A DNA stretch of 32,715 nucleotides from an uncultured Rikenellaceae bacterium (GCA_964527985.1 CAZGQZ010000004.1:3025-35739); one strand, 5' to 3'. Positions 1 through 10,430 are shown, numbered from the stretch's first letter. Translations and numbers: made by a program. The notes: generated from the sequence alone by a model not told the origin.

Positions 1-644
1 CTAATGGTAACGGTTCTTTTCTCACCATCTTTAAGGTACTCTTCTTTTTTCGGGTTAAACCTAAAGTCAGGTGGTTCTTCTTCGGTGTAAAACCAAACAT
101 GCATTGAAGGAGATATGGCCTCGTCATCGGGTTGAACTAAAACATCAGCCGAAACAGTATATAACCCAGCCCCTTGTGTAGGTATTTTAAAGTAAAGTCT
201 TTCTTTACTTCCATTTTTTGGTAGTTCCCAATTTCGTTTTCTCGTCCATAAGTTGCCCTCAATTTCTTCCCTTTCCTGCTCGGGCTTATTGTCTTCTTCT
301 AGGCTTTGAGCCTTTTCGGTTTCAAGCACCGATAGCTTTCCTATAACCTTGTCGAGTAGCTTTTCAAATTCATCGGGATTGTCCAAGTAGTAGTTTAGGG
401 TGTATATAAATTCTTCTTCGGTATAACTGTATTTACTAAAAATGGGCTTGTAGTATTCAATGGTGTCTTTTCGTGAAAATTTTATTGCCAAATAGGAGGT
501 GTTGGTTGTGGCATCGGTAATAAATATTTCGGAGAGAATGCTAACCATATCTTTTTGGGGGATATGCTTTTGCTTGCAACCAGGAGCTAAAACAGTTAAC
601 AAACCTATACAAATAATTGCAGTATACTTTAGTAGTTTTCTCAT
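1..644 (-). CDS. DUF4296-like lipoprotein (partial; runs off the left edge)
   Basis: Absent from the ORF track. Manual translation from ATG 644 gives MRKLLKYTAIICIGLLTVLAPG-CKQKHIPQKDMVSILSEIFITDA...IFSKYSYTEEEFIYTLNYYLDNPDEFEKLLDKV, open to the window edge. It has a lipobox-like Cys and the IP..M..IL.E...D / F.KY..T...F.....YY...P..F pattern of Bacteroidota DUF4296. Confidence 0.8.
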   Translation of the reverse strand, partial: MRKLLKYTAIICIGLLTVLAPGCKQKHIPQKDMVSILSEIFITDATTNTSYLAIKFSRKDTIEYYKPIFSKYSYTEEEFIYTLNYYLDNPDEFEKLLDKVIGKLSVLETEKAQSLEEDNKPEQEREEIEGNLWTRKRNWELPKNGSKERLYFKIPTQGAGLYTVSADVLVQPDDEAISPSMHVWFYTEEEPPDFRFNPKKEEYLKDGEKRTVTI

Positions 645-662
645 GTTGATCTATTTACTCAA

Positions 663-670
663 CAAATATA
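663..670 (-). promoter_or_regulatory. Bacteroidota sigma-A -7 element TATATTTG
   Basis: Matches TAnnTTTG on the minus strand, 18 nt upstream of ATG 644. Confidence 0.5.
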
Positions 671-695
671 GAAATGAAAAATGAAATAAGTGTTA

Positions 696-728
696 TAAAA
701 ACGAAGAGCAAGCCTTAGCTTGCTCTTC
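696..728 (-). terminator. Intrinsic terminator of the sprB-like/porP unit
   Basis: Perfect 11-bp stem GAAGAGCAAGC-TAAG-GCTTGCTCTTC (703-728) followed by GTTTTTA on the minus strand, ~20 nt after the PorP stop. Confidence 0.75.
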
Positions 729-747
729 AAGTAGAATTATGCTATTG

Positions 748-1689
748 TTACTTAAGCTTATCAAACATGTATCCAATCATAATTTCGTGCGATCCGCCGT
801 TAAACTTCCTAATTCCGGTAAGCGAGTAGTCGAACGAGTAGCCAAACAGGTATCTATCATAGTTATAGCCAAACAGTATCGACAGACCATCTTGCCATCG
901 GCCAGAAAGGCCTCCCCAAAACTGATCCTTATATGTAACTTTTGCATTTATATCAATTTGTATGGGGCTATTTATCATGTACTTGAAAAGGACGGATGGT
1001 TCGAGAAGAAAATCGCTAGTTAGCGGAAACATCATACCACCCATAAGCATGTAGTGCTGCTTAAGCTTGTTAATGCCGTAGGTGTGAATTTCTTCTCCAC
1101 TAATTTCATCTAAAGTATACTTGTCGGTTGTGTAAAGCTTTTGCCCAAATAGCTGGTGAACCGATGCGCCAAAAAAGTAGTTAGTTGAGTAAAAAAGCAC
1201 ACCAATTGTAGCATCGGGGGTAAATACCGACTTAGTACTCAGGTTTATGGCGGGGTCGTTAATAACAATTGCATCGCCATACTCATACTTTGAGCCATCG
1301 GCACGGAACATCATAAACCCAAGCGAGATTCCTCCAGAAACCCTCATGCCATTCTCTGAAATTTGCATGTTGTACGAGTAGGAGAAAAGACCTCCAGTAC
1401 GACTAGTTGGGCCCGTAATGTCGTGGTAAAGATTACCTCCAAAGCCCATGTCCTTTGATCCGTGAGGGCCATAGGCACTAATGCTATAGGTTTGCGGAGC
1501 ATCGGTAACCCCCACCCATTGGAAACGGTTATTATACCTCATTTGGTAGTAGTTGTGTGTACCACTAACGGCGGGGTTTATCAGGTACGTGTTAAACATG
1601 TACTGTGTAAACTGAGGTAATTGCTGGGCACTGGAACTTAGTCCACTAAGTAAAATTATTGCCGCTGCTGCTATTATTACCTTTTTCAT
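748..1689 (-). CDS. Type IX secretion system membrane protein, PorP/SprF family
   Basis: Signal peptide then QQLPQFTQYMFN..LINPA.SG, R.QWVG...AP.T, and C-terminal GYSFDY.......GGSHEIMIGY. Lies directly downstream of a type B CTD cargo gene, as is typical. Confidence 0.93.
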   Translation of the reverse strand: MKKVIIAAAAIILLSGLSSSAQQLPQFTQYMFNTYLINPAVSGTHNYYQMRYNNRFQWVGVTDAPQTYSISAYGPHGSKDMGFGGNLYHDITGPTSRTGGLFSYSYNMQISENGMRVSGGISLGFMMFRADGSKYEYGDAIVINDPAINLSTKSVFTPDATIGVLFYSTNYFFGASVHQLFGQKLYTTDKYTLDEISGEEIHTYGINKLKQHYMLMGGMMFPLTSDFLLEPSVLFKYMINSPIQIDINAKVTYKDQFWGGLSGRWQDGLSILFGYNYDRYLFGYSFDYSLTGIRKFNGGSHEIMIGYMFDKLK

Positions 1690-1725
1690 ATCTCGAAATT
1701 TTTAATGTCTAAGTATCAATAATGT

Positions 1726-4700
1726 TTATCGTACAATGGTAACAGAACCAGATATTGGTTTCCAATGGTTGCTTCCTGGAACGTTAAAGCTTATTACGTA
1801 GTAGTAGGTTCCGGTAGGAAGATCTTTACCATTCTTGTTCTTACCATCCCAACCAGCAGAAGCATCCGATGCTCGGGCAGACCAAACAACTGCTCCCCAA
1901 CGGTTAACTATTGTAATTTCTAGGCTTGGGAATATATCGGCATATGGAACGCGCCATAGGTCGTTGATGCCATCGCCATTAGGTGAGAATACATTCGACA
2001 TGCGTACACGATTGAGTATTCTGGCCTTGAGGTTTATGTTTTCAACGCATCCGAACTCTGACATTACCATTCCAGTTAGCGGGATGTACTGCTCCAACTC
2101 TTTAGTTACATCGTTATAAACTTCTCCGGTAAACAGACTTTCATATTGGCCTGTTGGGAAAAGAATAACCGAGCTCTTCTCGTTTGACGGAGTAAAGAAT
2201 TGGGCTGGATCCCATTGGTATGTGAGAGTATAATCGGCAGCTTTGGTTCTAATCTCAACAGGATATTCTGTGTCGGCAAGCAAAGAGATTACGGTTGTAT
2301 CTACAGGTCCTTCCTCATATTCCAGGAACGAACCAGAGAAAAATGGGTGATCATCTCTCATAACATATGGACCAATTTGTGGGTAAACGTCAATGGTATC
2401 GCGACGTTGCTCAAGACATCCCTCACTACTTATTACCCTAACAAGCATAATTTGGTCGCCGGTAAGGGCCTCCGTAGTATATGCTGGGCTATCCGATCCA
2501 ACGGCAATTTCAATTAGGTCACCATCATCATTACGAACAAGTTTTTTCCACTCAAACTGAGCGGGTGAGCCAAAGGCTCCCTGAACAGGAATTGCTGTAA
2601 GGTCGGCAACATCGCCCCAGCAGTAGTTCTCTAGCATATCGATACCTACAACAAAGTCGTTGTCGAGGTTGTATGTAACATCGAAGAATAGGGTGTCCTC
2701 ACAACCTTTTTCGTCGGTAACAATATTATAGTATTGGCCAGATTGTAAATCTTCAATTAGCCATAAGCCATCGTTATTTGGTATATGACCAAAGCCAGAG
2801 CGATACCATTTTGACGTGAAATCATTGGGGAAAACCCCATTTCCACCAGTAATATTTGTTACCTCAATAGAGCCGTTGTTGCCTTCGGGGGCAATCCTAC
2901 AATTTGCTATGCCAATAATTGAGGTTGGATCAAAAGGATCGGGGCCAGGAACAACAATGGTTTCATCGGCTGTACATCCATTATCATCTGTAACAGTTAA
3001 TGTGTAGCTTCCAGGGATGACATCAATCAGATTAAGATTTTCCTGTCCATTATCCCAACTATAAATGTAGTCAGCTGAAATGGTTCCGCCAGTAACACTC
3101 ATTTCAACAATATCCAAAGTGTCGTTGTGGCAGATTTGTTCTGGAATGGGATCAGTTATAGCGGTAATCAAAATAGCATCAGGTTCGGTGAGCTCAACTG
3201 TTTCTGTGTATTCACCTTCAAATATGAAGGTACAGCCATTATCGTCGACAATTGATAGCGTGTAGATACCTGCAGGCAGATTTGTGAAAATACCATTCGT
3301 ATTTTGCTCAATGCCGTTAGGGCCATCAATAGAATAGGTTATTGGCTCAGTACCTCCCGATACTAGCATCGAAATTTCACCGCTGTTATCGTTGTTACAC
3401 GACAGATCGTAGGCAAAGAATGTTTCCATGGTCATGCCTTCTGGGTATTCAATAACCACGTCCTCAACAATAAATTCACAGTCGTTCTGGTCGGAAATTG
3501 TAAAGGTATACGTTCCTTCGGCAAGCTCATTGGCTTCAAAGCCCTCTGCGCTCCCTGTATCCCAGCTTATGTTATAGCCGTATGCAAACGGAGTTCCACC
3601 CTGAATATCGAATACCACTATACCTTCGGGTAGATTGGTGTAGCAATCGGGAACAACAATGGTGTAATCAACGGTAATTGGGTCGGGTTGAGTTAGCTCG
3701 ATAAATGCACTCGATTGAACACCTTCGGTGTCGGTAGCAATAACAGTGTAAAGACCAGCACCAAGATTCTCATAAACATAGTCTCCATCGGGATCGTGTG
3801 TGGTCATGTCGTATGGCACACCATCAAGAGTCCACTCTAAAGGAGGTTGTATATCTCCGCCCAAAGCGGTGAGGGTAATGGTTCCGGTTTCGGTACCGTG
3901 GCAAAGAATATTTGTACCCGAAAGGAACACAGTGAACTGCGATAGCGAAACATCTTCAATAGCCTCACAGCCAAATGCATCTCTTACAATTATTCGGTAT
4001 ACGCCAACACCTAGGCCACCAAAAGTATGCGTGGTTAGCCCAGTATCGTCTAGGTTATCTTGTAATGTCCACGATGCTGAACCTTCATCGTAAATGTAGA
4101 GCTCATACCAATAGTTCGGATTACCACCAGTTACACTCACCTCTATGCTACCATCAAAATCAACAGATGTTGTTGGTGGTATTGGTGTTGTTGATATGAT
4201 AATCTCGTCGGATTGGTTAATGGTAACCTCAAGCGAAACAATACAGAAATTATCGTCCCTAACCCGAACAGTGTAGCTGTCGGCAGGTAAATTGGTGAAA
4301 ATGTTGCTTGTTTGCCAGCCTGAATCGTCCGCTTCAATGGTAAATTCAGGGGTTCCAACAGCTCCGCTGTAAATAACCTCCAGTTCACCTGTTGATGCTC
4401 CGAAACATTGAACATCGGTAACAATTACATTATCAATTTGGAGTGATGTTGGGCTAACTAGGGTTTCGGTTAATGTTATTGCTGGTCCACAACCATTGGT
4501 GTCAAACACCTCAACGTAGTAATCGCCTGCAGCAAGATTATCGAATATTCCATCGGTATTGTCGCTAAGGTAAGCGCCATCCCTGTAGATTGTATAGGTG
4601 TATGATCCGTTTCCACCCAATGCCTCGGCAATAATAACACCAGGGGTTGATGTGCCATCGGGATCGCAAGTTGGGCTTTCGGCGGTGGTTATGGTTACTG

Positions 4701-7700
4701 TAACCTCATCGGGTTGGCCAATTGTTACTACAGTTGATATCTGGCAGCTATTGGCATCGTCAACATATAGCGTGTAATCGCCTGCAGCAATGCCAGTAAA
4801 GCTAACCCATTCGTCAATATCTCCATTTTGAGTGTCGATTACTGTATTGCTGGCATCCTCAAGAGTGTATGTGTAAGGAGGTGTACCTTCGGTTGCCAAA
4901 GCAGTAAACGAACCATCATCGCCAAAGCAAAGCGCATCGGTTATTGATGTTGTAACATCAATTGGGTTTGGCTCGTTAACGGTTAGCTCGGGCGAAAGTA
5001 CAGGACCACAAGCATTATCGTCGGTAACCTCAATCACGTATGTTCCAGGCTCAAGCGGAGCAAATGTTCCGTTGTTGGTTTGTGTACTAAAGCTTGCAAC
5101 AGGGGTTCCGCCAAGAGTAATTGTATAGTATAAATCACCAGTACCTCCGGTTGCGGTAATCGATACTTCACCGTCGTTTGCACCAAAGCATGTAATATCA
5201 ACAATTGATATTGAAAGCGGATCAAACTCAATAGCATTAGGTTCGTTTACAACAATTGGAGCCGAACTTTCGGGTCCACAGCCATTGGCATCATCAATTG
5301 TTACGGTATATGTTCCTGCGGCAAGATCAATAAATTCAACCGGATCGGTATTGTTTGCAACAATTGGATCTCCAACGGGGCTTCCTCCGTCATCGTAAAG
5401 AATGTAGGTGTATGGTAGAGTGCCTCCTTGCCCGGCAATTGTAATGCGACCTGTAGGTACGCTATTGCAGTCTAAATCCTGAACTGTTAGTGAAGCAGGG
5501 TTAAACTCAAGCGGATCAGGCATAATTACGGTTAACAATCCAGATGCTAGCTCGTCGCAAGTTGGATACCTATCGTCACGAACAATCACCTCGTAATCCG
5601 TTGCTCCATCAAGGCCAGTAAATTCAACCCACTCGCCGCTTGTGATTCCTGTAAAGTTGGCTTGTTCAACGCCACCAAGGTAAAGCGTAATAGTGTAGGG
5701 TTCGGTGCCGCCAGTACTCATAGCGCGGATTATTCCTTCGGGACCAGAGAAGTTACATGAAATATTAACAATTTCAGTGTCGAGAGTAAGCTCATCGGGG
5801 CTTGTTATTGTAAAGTTATCGGTGAGCAAGCAATCGTTCTCATCCCTAATTTCAAGCGTGTAATCGCCAGCAGGTAAGTTTGAGAAAATGTTAGACGCTT
5901 GAGGCCCTGCAAAAGGAACGCCTTCGAGGAGAAGGGTATAGTTAAGTACACCTGTTCCGCCCGATGCGTCTATATCGGCTTCACCATTTGTATCGCCAAA
6001 GCACTCATTATGAGTAAGCGTAATATCTGAAAGTACAATTGCTGGTGGGCCATTAATTGTTATAACACGGGTAACCTCACATGCATCGGGACCATTGTTT
6101 CGGTCTCTAACGCGGATAGTGTGATCACCAACACCAAGACCAGAAAACACCCTAATAGTTGACGCGTTAAAAATTGGTTGCCAGTTGTCAGTATCGTTTA
6201 TTGATACCCATTTAGTGCCCGTACCTCCAACAACGTTTGTAACAGAAATTGATCCGTTTGTGTTGTACCAACAACCTGTTACATCAGTTGGTGTTGTTGT
6301 AAAGGTAATCTCAGTTGGCTCATCAATAGTAACAGGCAATCCGTTGTTTCCAGTAACTATACAGCCAGCATCATCTCTAACTCTTACATAGTATTGGTTT
6401 GTTGGTCCGCCAGGGAGATTTTCAAATAAAGGATCGGACTCCCAAACAGCGGGCTCCATAATAGAGTACTCATAGTTTCCAGAACCTCCAGAAACGTTAA
6501 ATATTTCTATGGTTCCCTCATCAGAACCAAAGCACGATTCAATATTGCTTATAGAGTAGTCGAAAATAATCTTACTTGGTTCGTCGATGTAAACAGGGTT
6601 GCTAGCATATTCGGCTTTACAGCCGTTTTCGTCCATTACCCATATAAAGTAGAAGCCCGACGATACGTTAAAACTGTTTGGTATTTCGTATGGACCACTC
6701 TCGTCGTATATTGAGTAGATGTAATCACCTGTACCACCTGTGGCAGTTATGGTTATTGTGCCGCTTGGCTCTCCAAAGCAAACGGCGTCAGTAATATCAA
6801 CTTGGCTAACAATTAGCTGATCGGGTTGTGAAAGAACAATATCCGACTCAACAGCAGGAGTACAGCCATTGGCGTCGGTAACCTCAATTCTGTAATTGTT
6901 GCTTGCAACTAAGTTTGTAAAAGTTGCTGGAGTAGGATCAGCAGGATTTTGGGTGTCAACAAGAGTTGCCCCATCGTATAAATAGTAAACAAAATCGGGT
7001 GTTCCGCCAGAGGCAAGCACTTCAATTGAACCTGTTGCATCGCCATAGCAGCCACCTAGGTCGGTAATGTTGGTTACTGTAAAGTAGTCGATAATAATAG
7101 GATCAGGTGCTGTTATTGTGGCAGGCACATCAAATGTACAAAGGTTAGCGTCTCTAATAGTGATGGTGTAGCTGTTAGGAGCAAGGCCACCAAAAGTGCC
7201 TGATGCCTGAAAATCGACTCCATTAATGCTATACTCGTATGGCGCAGTTCCACCAGTACCCAAAACGGTTACCTCCCCATCGGTGCTGTCGGAGCAGTTT
7301 ACGTTAGATTGGCTGGTAATTGATCCGTCCAATGCAGATGCAGGTTGCGTAATTGTAACGGGAACGGTGGCAGTACAAAGGTTTACATCTCTAACGGTAA
7401 TTGTGTAATTTCCTTCAGTAAGGCCGCTAAAAGTGCCCGATGCCTGAAAATCGACTCCGTTGATGCTATACTCATATGGCGCAGTACCATCTGTACCTTC
7501 AATGGTAACCTCACCATCATTACCGCCAAAACACGATACGTTTACTTGGTTTGTAATAGTTCCGTCAAGTGGAGCCGTAGGCTGAGTTATATTAACAGCT
7601 ACATCGAAAGTACACATATGGTCATCGCGAACGGTAACCGTGTAGCTTCCTGCGGTTAGCCCAGTGAAAGTACCTGAACCCTGATATACTCCGCCATCGA

Positions 7701-10356
7701 GGCTGTACATGTATGGGGCAGTTCCATCGACACCCTCAACGGTAACCTCACCAGTATTGTCGCCAAAGCACAAAACGTTAGTTTGAGCGGTAATCGAACC
7801 AGTTAGTGGAGCGGCGGGTTGATCGATGGTAACAGGTACGGTGGTAGTACAAAGGTTTGCATCCCTAACCGTAACGGTGTAGTCGCCTGCAGCCAGTCCG
7901 GTAAACGTACCTGGATTTATAAAATCGACCCCATTGATGCTGTAATCGTATGGTGCAGTGCCATCGGCACCCTCAACGGTAACCTCGCCAGTGCTGTTGC
8001 CAAAGCAAAGTACGTGAGTTATGCTGGTTATTGCCCCATCAACTGCTGTTGCAGGTTGAGTAATGGTTACCGGAACATTGTGCGTACAAAGGTTTGCATC
8101 TCTTACCGTAACGGTATAGTTTCCTTCCGATAACCCCGTGAAGGTACCAGAAGTTTGAAAATCGACCCCATTGATGCTGTATTCGTAGGGAGATGTTCCG
8201 TTAGCGCCCTCAACGGTAACTTCACCGTCGTTTCCGCCAAAGCACGACACGTTAACTTGGTTGGTAATAGAGCCAGTTAATGACGCTGCGGGTTCGGTTA
8301 TGTTAACCGGAACATCGAAAGTACATAAATTTGCATCGCGAATAGTTATGGTGTAATTTCCAGCAGTAAGGCCAGAGAAAGTTCCTGATACCTGAAAATC
8401 GACCCCATTAATGCTGTATTCATAAGGAGGGGTTGCATCGGCACCCTCAACGGTAACTTCACCATTGTTACCACCAAAGCATGAAACATTGGTTTGGCTG
8501 GTAATTGATCCGCTGAGTGCTGTTGCCGGTTGGCTAATGGTAACGGGTACATCGAAAGTACACATATGGTCATCGCGAACGGTAACCGTGTAGCTTCCTG
8601 CGGTTAGCCCAGTGAAAGTACCTGAACCCTGATATACTCCGCCATCGAGGCTGTACATGTATGGGGCAGTTCCATCGACACCCTCAACGGTAACCTCACC
8701 AGTATTGTCGCCAAAGCACAAAACGTTAGTTTGAGCGGTAATCGAACCAGTTAGTGGAGCGGCGGGTTGATCGATGGTAACAGGTACGGTGGTAGTACAA
8801 AGGTTTGCATCCCTAACCGTAACGGTGTAGTCGCCTGCAGCCAGTCCGGTAAACGTACCTGGATTTATAAAATCGACCCCATTGATGCTGTAATCGTATG
8901 GTGCAGTGCCATCGGCACCCTCAACGGTAACCTCGCCAGTGCTGTTGCCAAAGCAAAGTACGTGAGTTATGCTGGTTATTGCCCCATCAACTGCTGTTGC
9001 AGGTTGAGTAATGGTTACCGGAACATTGTGCGTACAAAGGTTTGCATCTCTTACCGTAACGGTATAGTTTCCTTCCGATAACCCCGTGAAGGTACCAGAA
9101 GTTTGAAAATCGACCCCATTGATGCTGTATTCGTAGGGAGATGTTCCGTTAGCGCCCTCAACGGTAACTTCACCGTCGTTTCCGCCAAAGCACGACACGT
9201 TAACCTGGTTGGTAATGGAACCTGTTAGCGCAGCGGCAGGTTGAGTTATGTTAACATTTACATCGAAAGTACAAAGATTAATGTTTTGAACAGTCACTGT
9301 GTAGGAGCCTGCGGATAAACCAGAAAAAGTACCAGAAGCCTGATAAGCTCCTCCATCGAGGCTGTATTCGAATGGGGCTCCATCGCCACTTCCCTCAACA
9401 GTTACTTCGCCATCACTACCTCCAAAGCATGCAACATTTTGCTGTGAGGTTATGCTACCCGATGGTAAACTGTTAACTGCAATAGTAGTATTTGATTCGC
9501 TATAAGAGCACACCCCTGCAGGATCGTCTGTTCTGAGAAGGAGGTTGACAGTAGTGCCGTCTTCGCTAGGGTGTGGAGTATAAAAAGCATTTAGGGTAAA
9601 TCGGTCGGGGTTAAACGTACCAAGGCCACCAATCCATTCGGCCGATGAGGCTGAGCCCCCGATTGAACCGTTTAGCTGAACCGACGAACCAGCACAAACT
9701 TCGTAAGGACCGCCAGCGTCGACTGTGGCTGCTTCTTCAACAATGATATCAAACTCAATATATTCAGGAACAGTAGGACAACCTTCGTTAAAGCCATAAA
9801 CCCTGTAAGTCCAGGTTCCAACCGATGGAGGTATCTCGTCAACAGTGGCTGTGTTTCCTATAGCCTGACTATCGGTTGTTCTTTCCCAGTAGTAGTATAG
9901 TGTACCGCTTGCCTCAAGTGTTACTGTTGATCCCTCGCAAGAGTTATGTGGTGTAGATGAAGGGAGATCGAGGTAGAGATTATCTTTTGAGTAAACTATA
10001 ATAGGTTGCGTTATTGTAAAGGTACCGTACCCTGTTTCGGTTGCGCTAAAGGTTAGGTAATATGTTCCGGGAACACTACAATTAAAAGTTGTAAACTGAG
10101 TGTTCGGATCGCTAACATACGCTGCCGCAGTTCCACTCCAAGCCGGAGTATCAATAGTGTAAGGGTTGGCTGGGGGTTGATTTATAACATCCCAAAAGAA
10201 GAAAGCATCAGCTCCAGCGCAAACAGCAACCGGATCGCTCATGTTTATTTGCGTTTGGGTTTTGTTATTGATTTTTAGCGTTAGCGTTGCATAGGCACTA
10301 CTATACGATAATCCTATTATGGCTATAGCTGAAAGAAAGGTAAAAATCCTTTTCAT
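1726..10356 (-). CDS. Giant SprB-repeat surface adhesin with T9SS type B (CHU_C / gliding-motility-associated) CTD
   Basis: 2876 aa with a signal peptide. Roughly 25 or more SprB-type repeats (C.G...G.I.V...GGT.PY.YS......SG.F.GL.AG.Y.V.VRD.N.C). C-terminus NVFSPNGDGIND.W...NRWG..V....GWDG......LP.GTYYY.I......GSVTIVR. Confidence 0.92.
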   Translation of the reverse strand: MKRIFTFLSAIAIIGLSYSSAYATLTLKINNKTQTQINMSDPVAVCAGADAFFFWDVINQPPANPYTIDTPAWSGTAAAYVSDPNTQFTTFNCSVPGTYYLTFSATETGYGTFTITQPIIVYSKDNLYLDLPSSTPHNSCEGSTVTLEASGTLYYYWERTTDSQAIGNTATVDEIPPSVGTWTYRVYGFNEGCPTVPEYIEFDIIVEEAATVDAGGPYEVCAGSSVQLNGSIGGSASSAEWIGGLGTFNPDRFTLNAFYTPHPSEDGTTVNLLLRTDDPAGVCSYSESNTTIAVNSLPSGSITSQQNVACFGGSDGEVTVEGSGDGAPFEYSLDGGAYQASGTFSGLSAGSYTVTVQNINLCTFDVNVNITQPAAALTGSITNQVNVSCFGGNDGEVTVEGANGTSPYEYSINGVDFQTSGTFTGLSEGNYTVTVRDANLCTHNVPVTITQPATAVDGAITSITHVLCFGNSTGEVTVEGADGTAPYDYSINGVDFINPGTFTGLAAGDYTVTVRDANLCTTTVPVTIDQPAAPLTGSITAQTNVLCFGDNTGEVTVEGVDGTAPYMYSLDGGVYQGSGTFTGLTAGSYTVTVRDDHMCTFDVPVTISQPATALSGSITSQTNVSCFGGNNGEVTVEGADATPPYEYSINGVDFQVSGTFSGLTAGNYTITIRDANLCTFDVPVNITEPAASLTGSITNQVNVSCFGGNDGEVTVEGANGTSPYEYSINGVDFQTSGTFTGLSEGNYTVTVRDANLCTHNVPVTITQPATAVDGAITSITHVLCFGNSTGEVTVEGADGTAPYDYSINGVDFINPGTFTGLAAGDYTVTVRDANLCTTTVPVTIDQPAAPLTGSITAQTNVLCFGDNTGEVTVEGVDGTAPYMYSLDGGVYQGSGTFTGLTAGSYTVTVRDDHMCTFDVAVNITQPTAPLDGTITNQVNVSCFGGNDGEVTIEGTDGTAPYEYSINGVDFQASGTFSGLTEGNYTITVRDVNLCTATVPVTITQPASALDGSITSQSNVNCSDSTDGEVTVLGTGGTAPYEYSINGVDFQASGTFGGLAPNSYTITIRDANLCTFDVPATITAPDPIIIDYFTVTNITDLGGCYGDATGSIEVLASGGTPDFVYYLYDGATLVDTQNPADPTPATFTNLVASNNYRIEVTDANGCTPAVESDIVLSQPDQLIVSQVDITDAVCFGEPSGTITITATGGTGDYIYSIYDESGPYEIPNSFNVSSGFYFIWVMDENGCKAEYASNPVYIDEPSKIIFDYSISNIESCFGSDEGTIEIFNVSGGSGNYEYSIMEPAVWESDPLFENLPGGPTNQYYVRVRDDAGCIVTGNNGLPVTIDEPTEITFTTTPTDVTGCWYNTNGSISVTNVVGGTGTKWVSINDTDNWQPIFNASTIRVFSGLGVGDHTIRVRDRNNGPDACEVTRVITINGPPAIVLSDITLTHNECFGDTNGEADIDASGGTGVLNYTLLLEGVPFAGPQASNIFSNLPAGDYTLEIRDENDCLLTDNFTITSPDELTLDTEIVNISCNFSGPEGIIRAMSTGGTEPYTITLYLGGVEQANFTGITSGEWVEFTGLDGATDYEVIVRDDRYPTCDELASGLLTVIMPDPLEFNPASLTVQDLDCNSVPTGRITIAGQGGTLPYTYILYDDGGSPVGDPIVANNTDPVEFIDLAAGTYTVTIDDANGCGPESSAPIVVNEPNAIEFDPLSISIVDITCFGANDGEVSITATGGTGDLYYTITLGGTPVASFSTQTNNGTFAPLEPGTYVIEVTDDNACGPVLSPELTVNEPNPIDVTTSITDALCFGDDGSFTALATEGTPPYTYTLEDASNTVIDTQNGDIDEWVSFTGIAAGDYTLYVDDANSCQISTVVTIGQPDEVTVTITTAESPTCDPDGTSTPGVIIAEALGGNGSYTYTIYRDGAYLSDNTDGIFDNLAAGDYYVEVFDTNGCGPAITLTETLVSPTSLQIDNVIVTDVQCFGASTGELEVIYSGAVGTPEFTIEADDSGWQTSNIFTNLPADSYTVRVRDDNFCIVSLEVTINQSDEIIISTTPIPPTTSVDFDGSIEVSVTGGNPNYWYELYIYDEGSASWTLQDNLDDTGLTTHTFGGLGVGVYRIIVRDAFGCEAIEDVSLSQFTVFLSGTNILCHGTETGTITLTALGGDIQPPLEWTLDGVPYDMTTHDPDGDYVYENLGAGLYTVIATDTEGVQSSAFIELTQPDPITVDYTIVVPDCYTNLPEGIVVFDIQGGTPFAYGYNISWDTGSAEGFEANELAEGTYTFTISDQNDCEFIVEDVVIEYPEGMTMETFFAYDLSCNNDNSGEISMLVSGGTEPITYSIDGPNGIEQNTNGIFTNLPAGIYTLSIVDDNGCTFIFEGEYTETVELTEPDAILITAITDPIPEQICHNDTLDIVEMSVTGGTISADYIYSWDNGQENLNLIDVIPGSYTLTVTDDNGCTADETIVVPGPDPFDPTSIIGIANCRIAPEGNNGSIEVTNITGGNGVFPNDFTSKWYRSGFGHIPNNDGLWLIEDLQSGQYYNIVTDEKGCEDTLFFDVTYNLDNDFVVGIDMLENYCWGDVADLTAIPVQGAFGSPAQFEWKKLVRNDDGDLIEIAVGSDSPAYTTEALTGDQIMLVRVISSEGCLEQRRDTIDVYPQIGPYVMRDDHPFFSGSFLEYEEGPVDTTVISLLADTEYPVEIRTKAADYTLTYQWDPAQFFTPSNEKSSVILFPTGQYESLFTGEVYNDVTKELEQYIPLTGMVMSEFGCVENINLKARILNRVRMSNVFSPNGDGINDLWRVPYADIFPSLEITIVNRWGAVVWSARASDASAGWDGKNKNGKDLPTGTYYYVISFNVPGSNHWKPISGSVTIVR
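7600..8256. repeat. Perfect 657-bp direct repeat, copy 1
   Basis: Identical by manual comparison to 8548-9204 (offset 948 = 4 x 237). The antisense ORFs 7819..8133 and 8767..9081 are identical for this reason. Confidence 0.92.
8548..9204. repeat. Perfect 657-bp direct repeat, copy 2
   Basis: Identical to 7600-8256. First mismatches are at 7599/8547 and 8257/9205. Confidence 0.92.
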
Positions 10357-10393
10357 AATATTATGGTATTATGTTGTCTGTTCAATTTTGTTG

Positions 10394-10430
10394 AAAAAGC
10401 AGGCATTTATGTTGAAAAATACCCGCCTTT
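10394..10430 (-). promoter_or_regulatory. Terminator-like hairpin in the adhesin 5' leader
   Basis: Minus strand GCGGGTATTT-TTCAACAT-AAATGCCTGC-TTTTT; both stem mismatches are G-U pairs on this strand. About 40 nt upstream of ATG 10356. Confidence 0.45.

Larger units (their letters stand above)
7100..9465 (-). repeat. Array of ten closely similar 237-bp (79-aa) SprB repeat units
   Basis: Ten units from GSITSQQNVACFGG to GSITSQSNVNCSDS in the order A-B-C-D-E-B-C-D-F-G. Boundaries are approximate. Confidence 0.85.

Noticed and set aside
499-1023. Plus-strand ORFs 499..684 and 739..1023
   Set aside because: Antisense to the DUF4296-like and PorP genes, with no recognisable motifs.
7819-9081. 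Two identical 104-aa plus-strand ORFs
   Set aside because: Antisense by-products of the 657-bp duplication, not independent genes.
7600-9204. DGR template/variable repeat pair or CRISPR array
   Set aside because: The copies have no adenine-specific mismatches, lie in frame within a coding repeat array, and no RT, cas gene or spacer structure is present.
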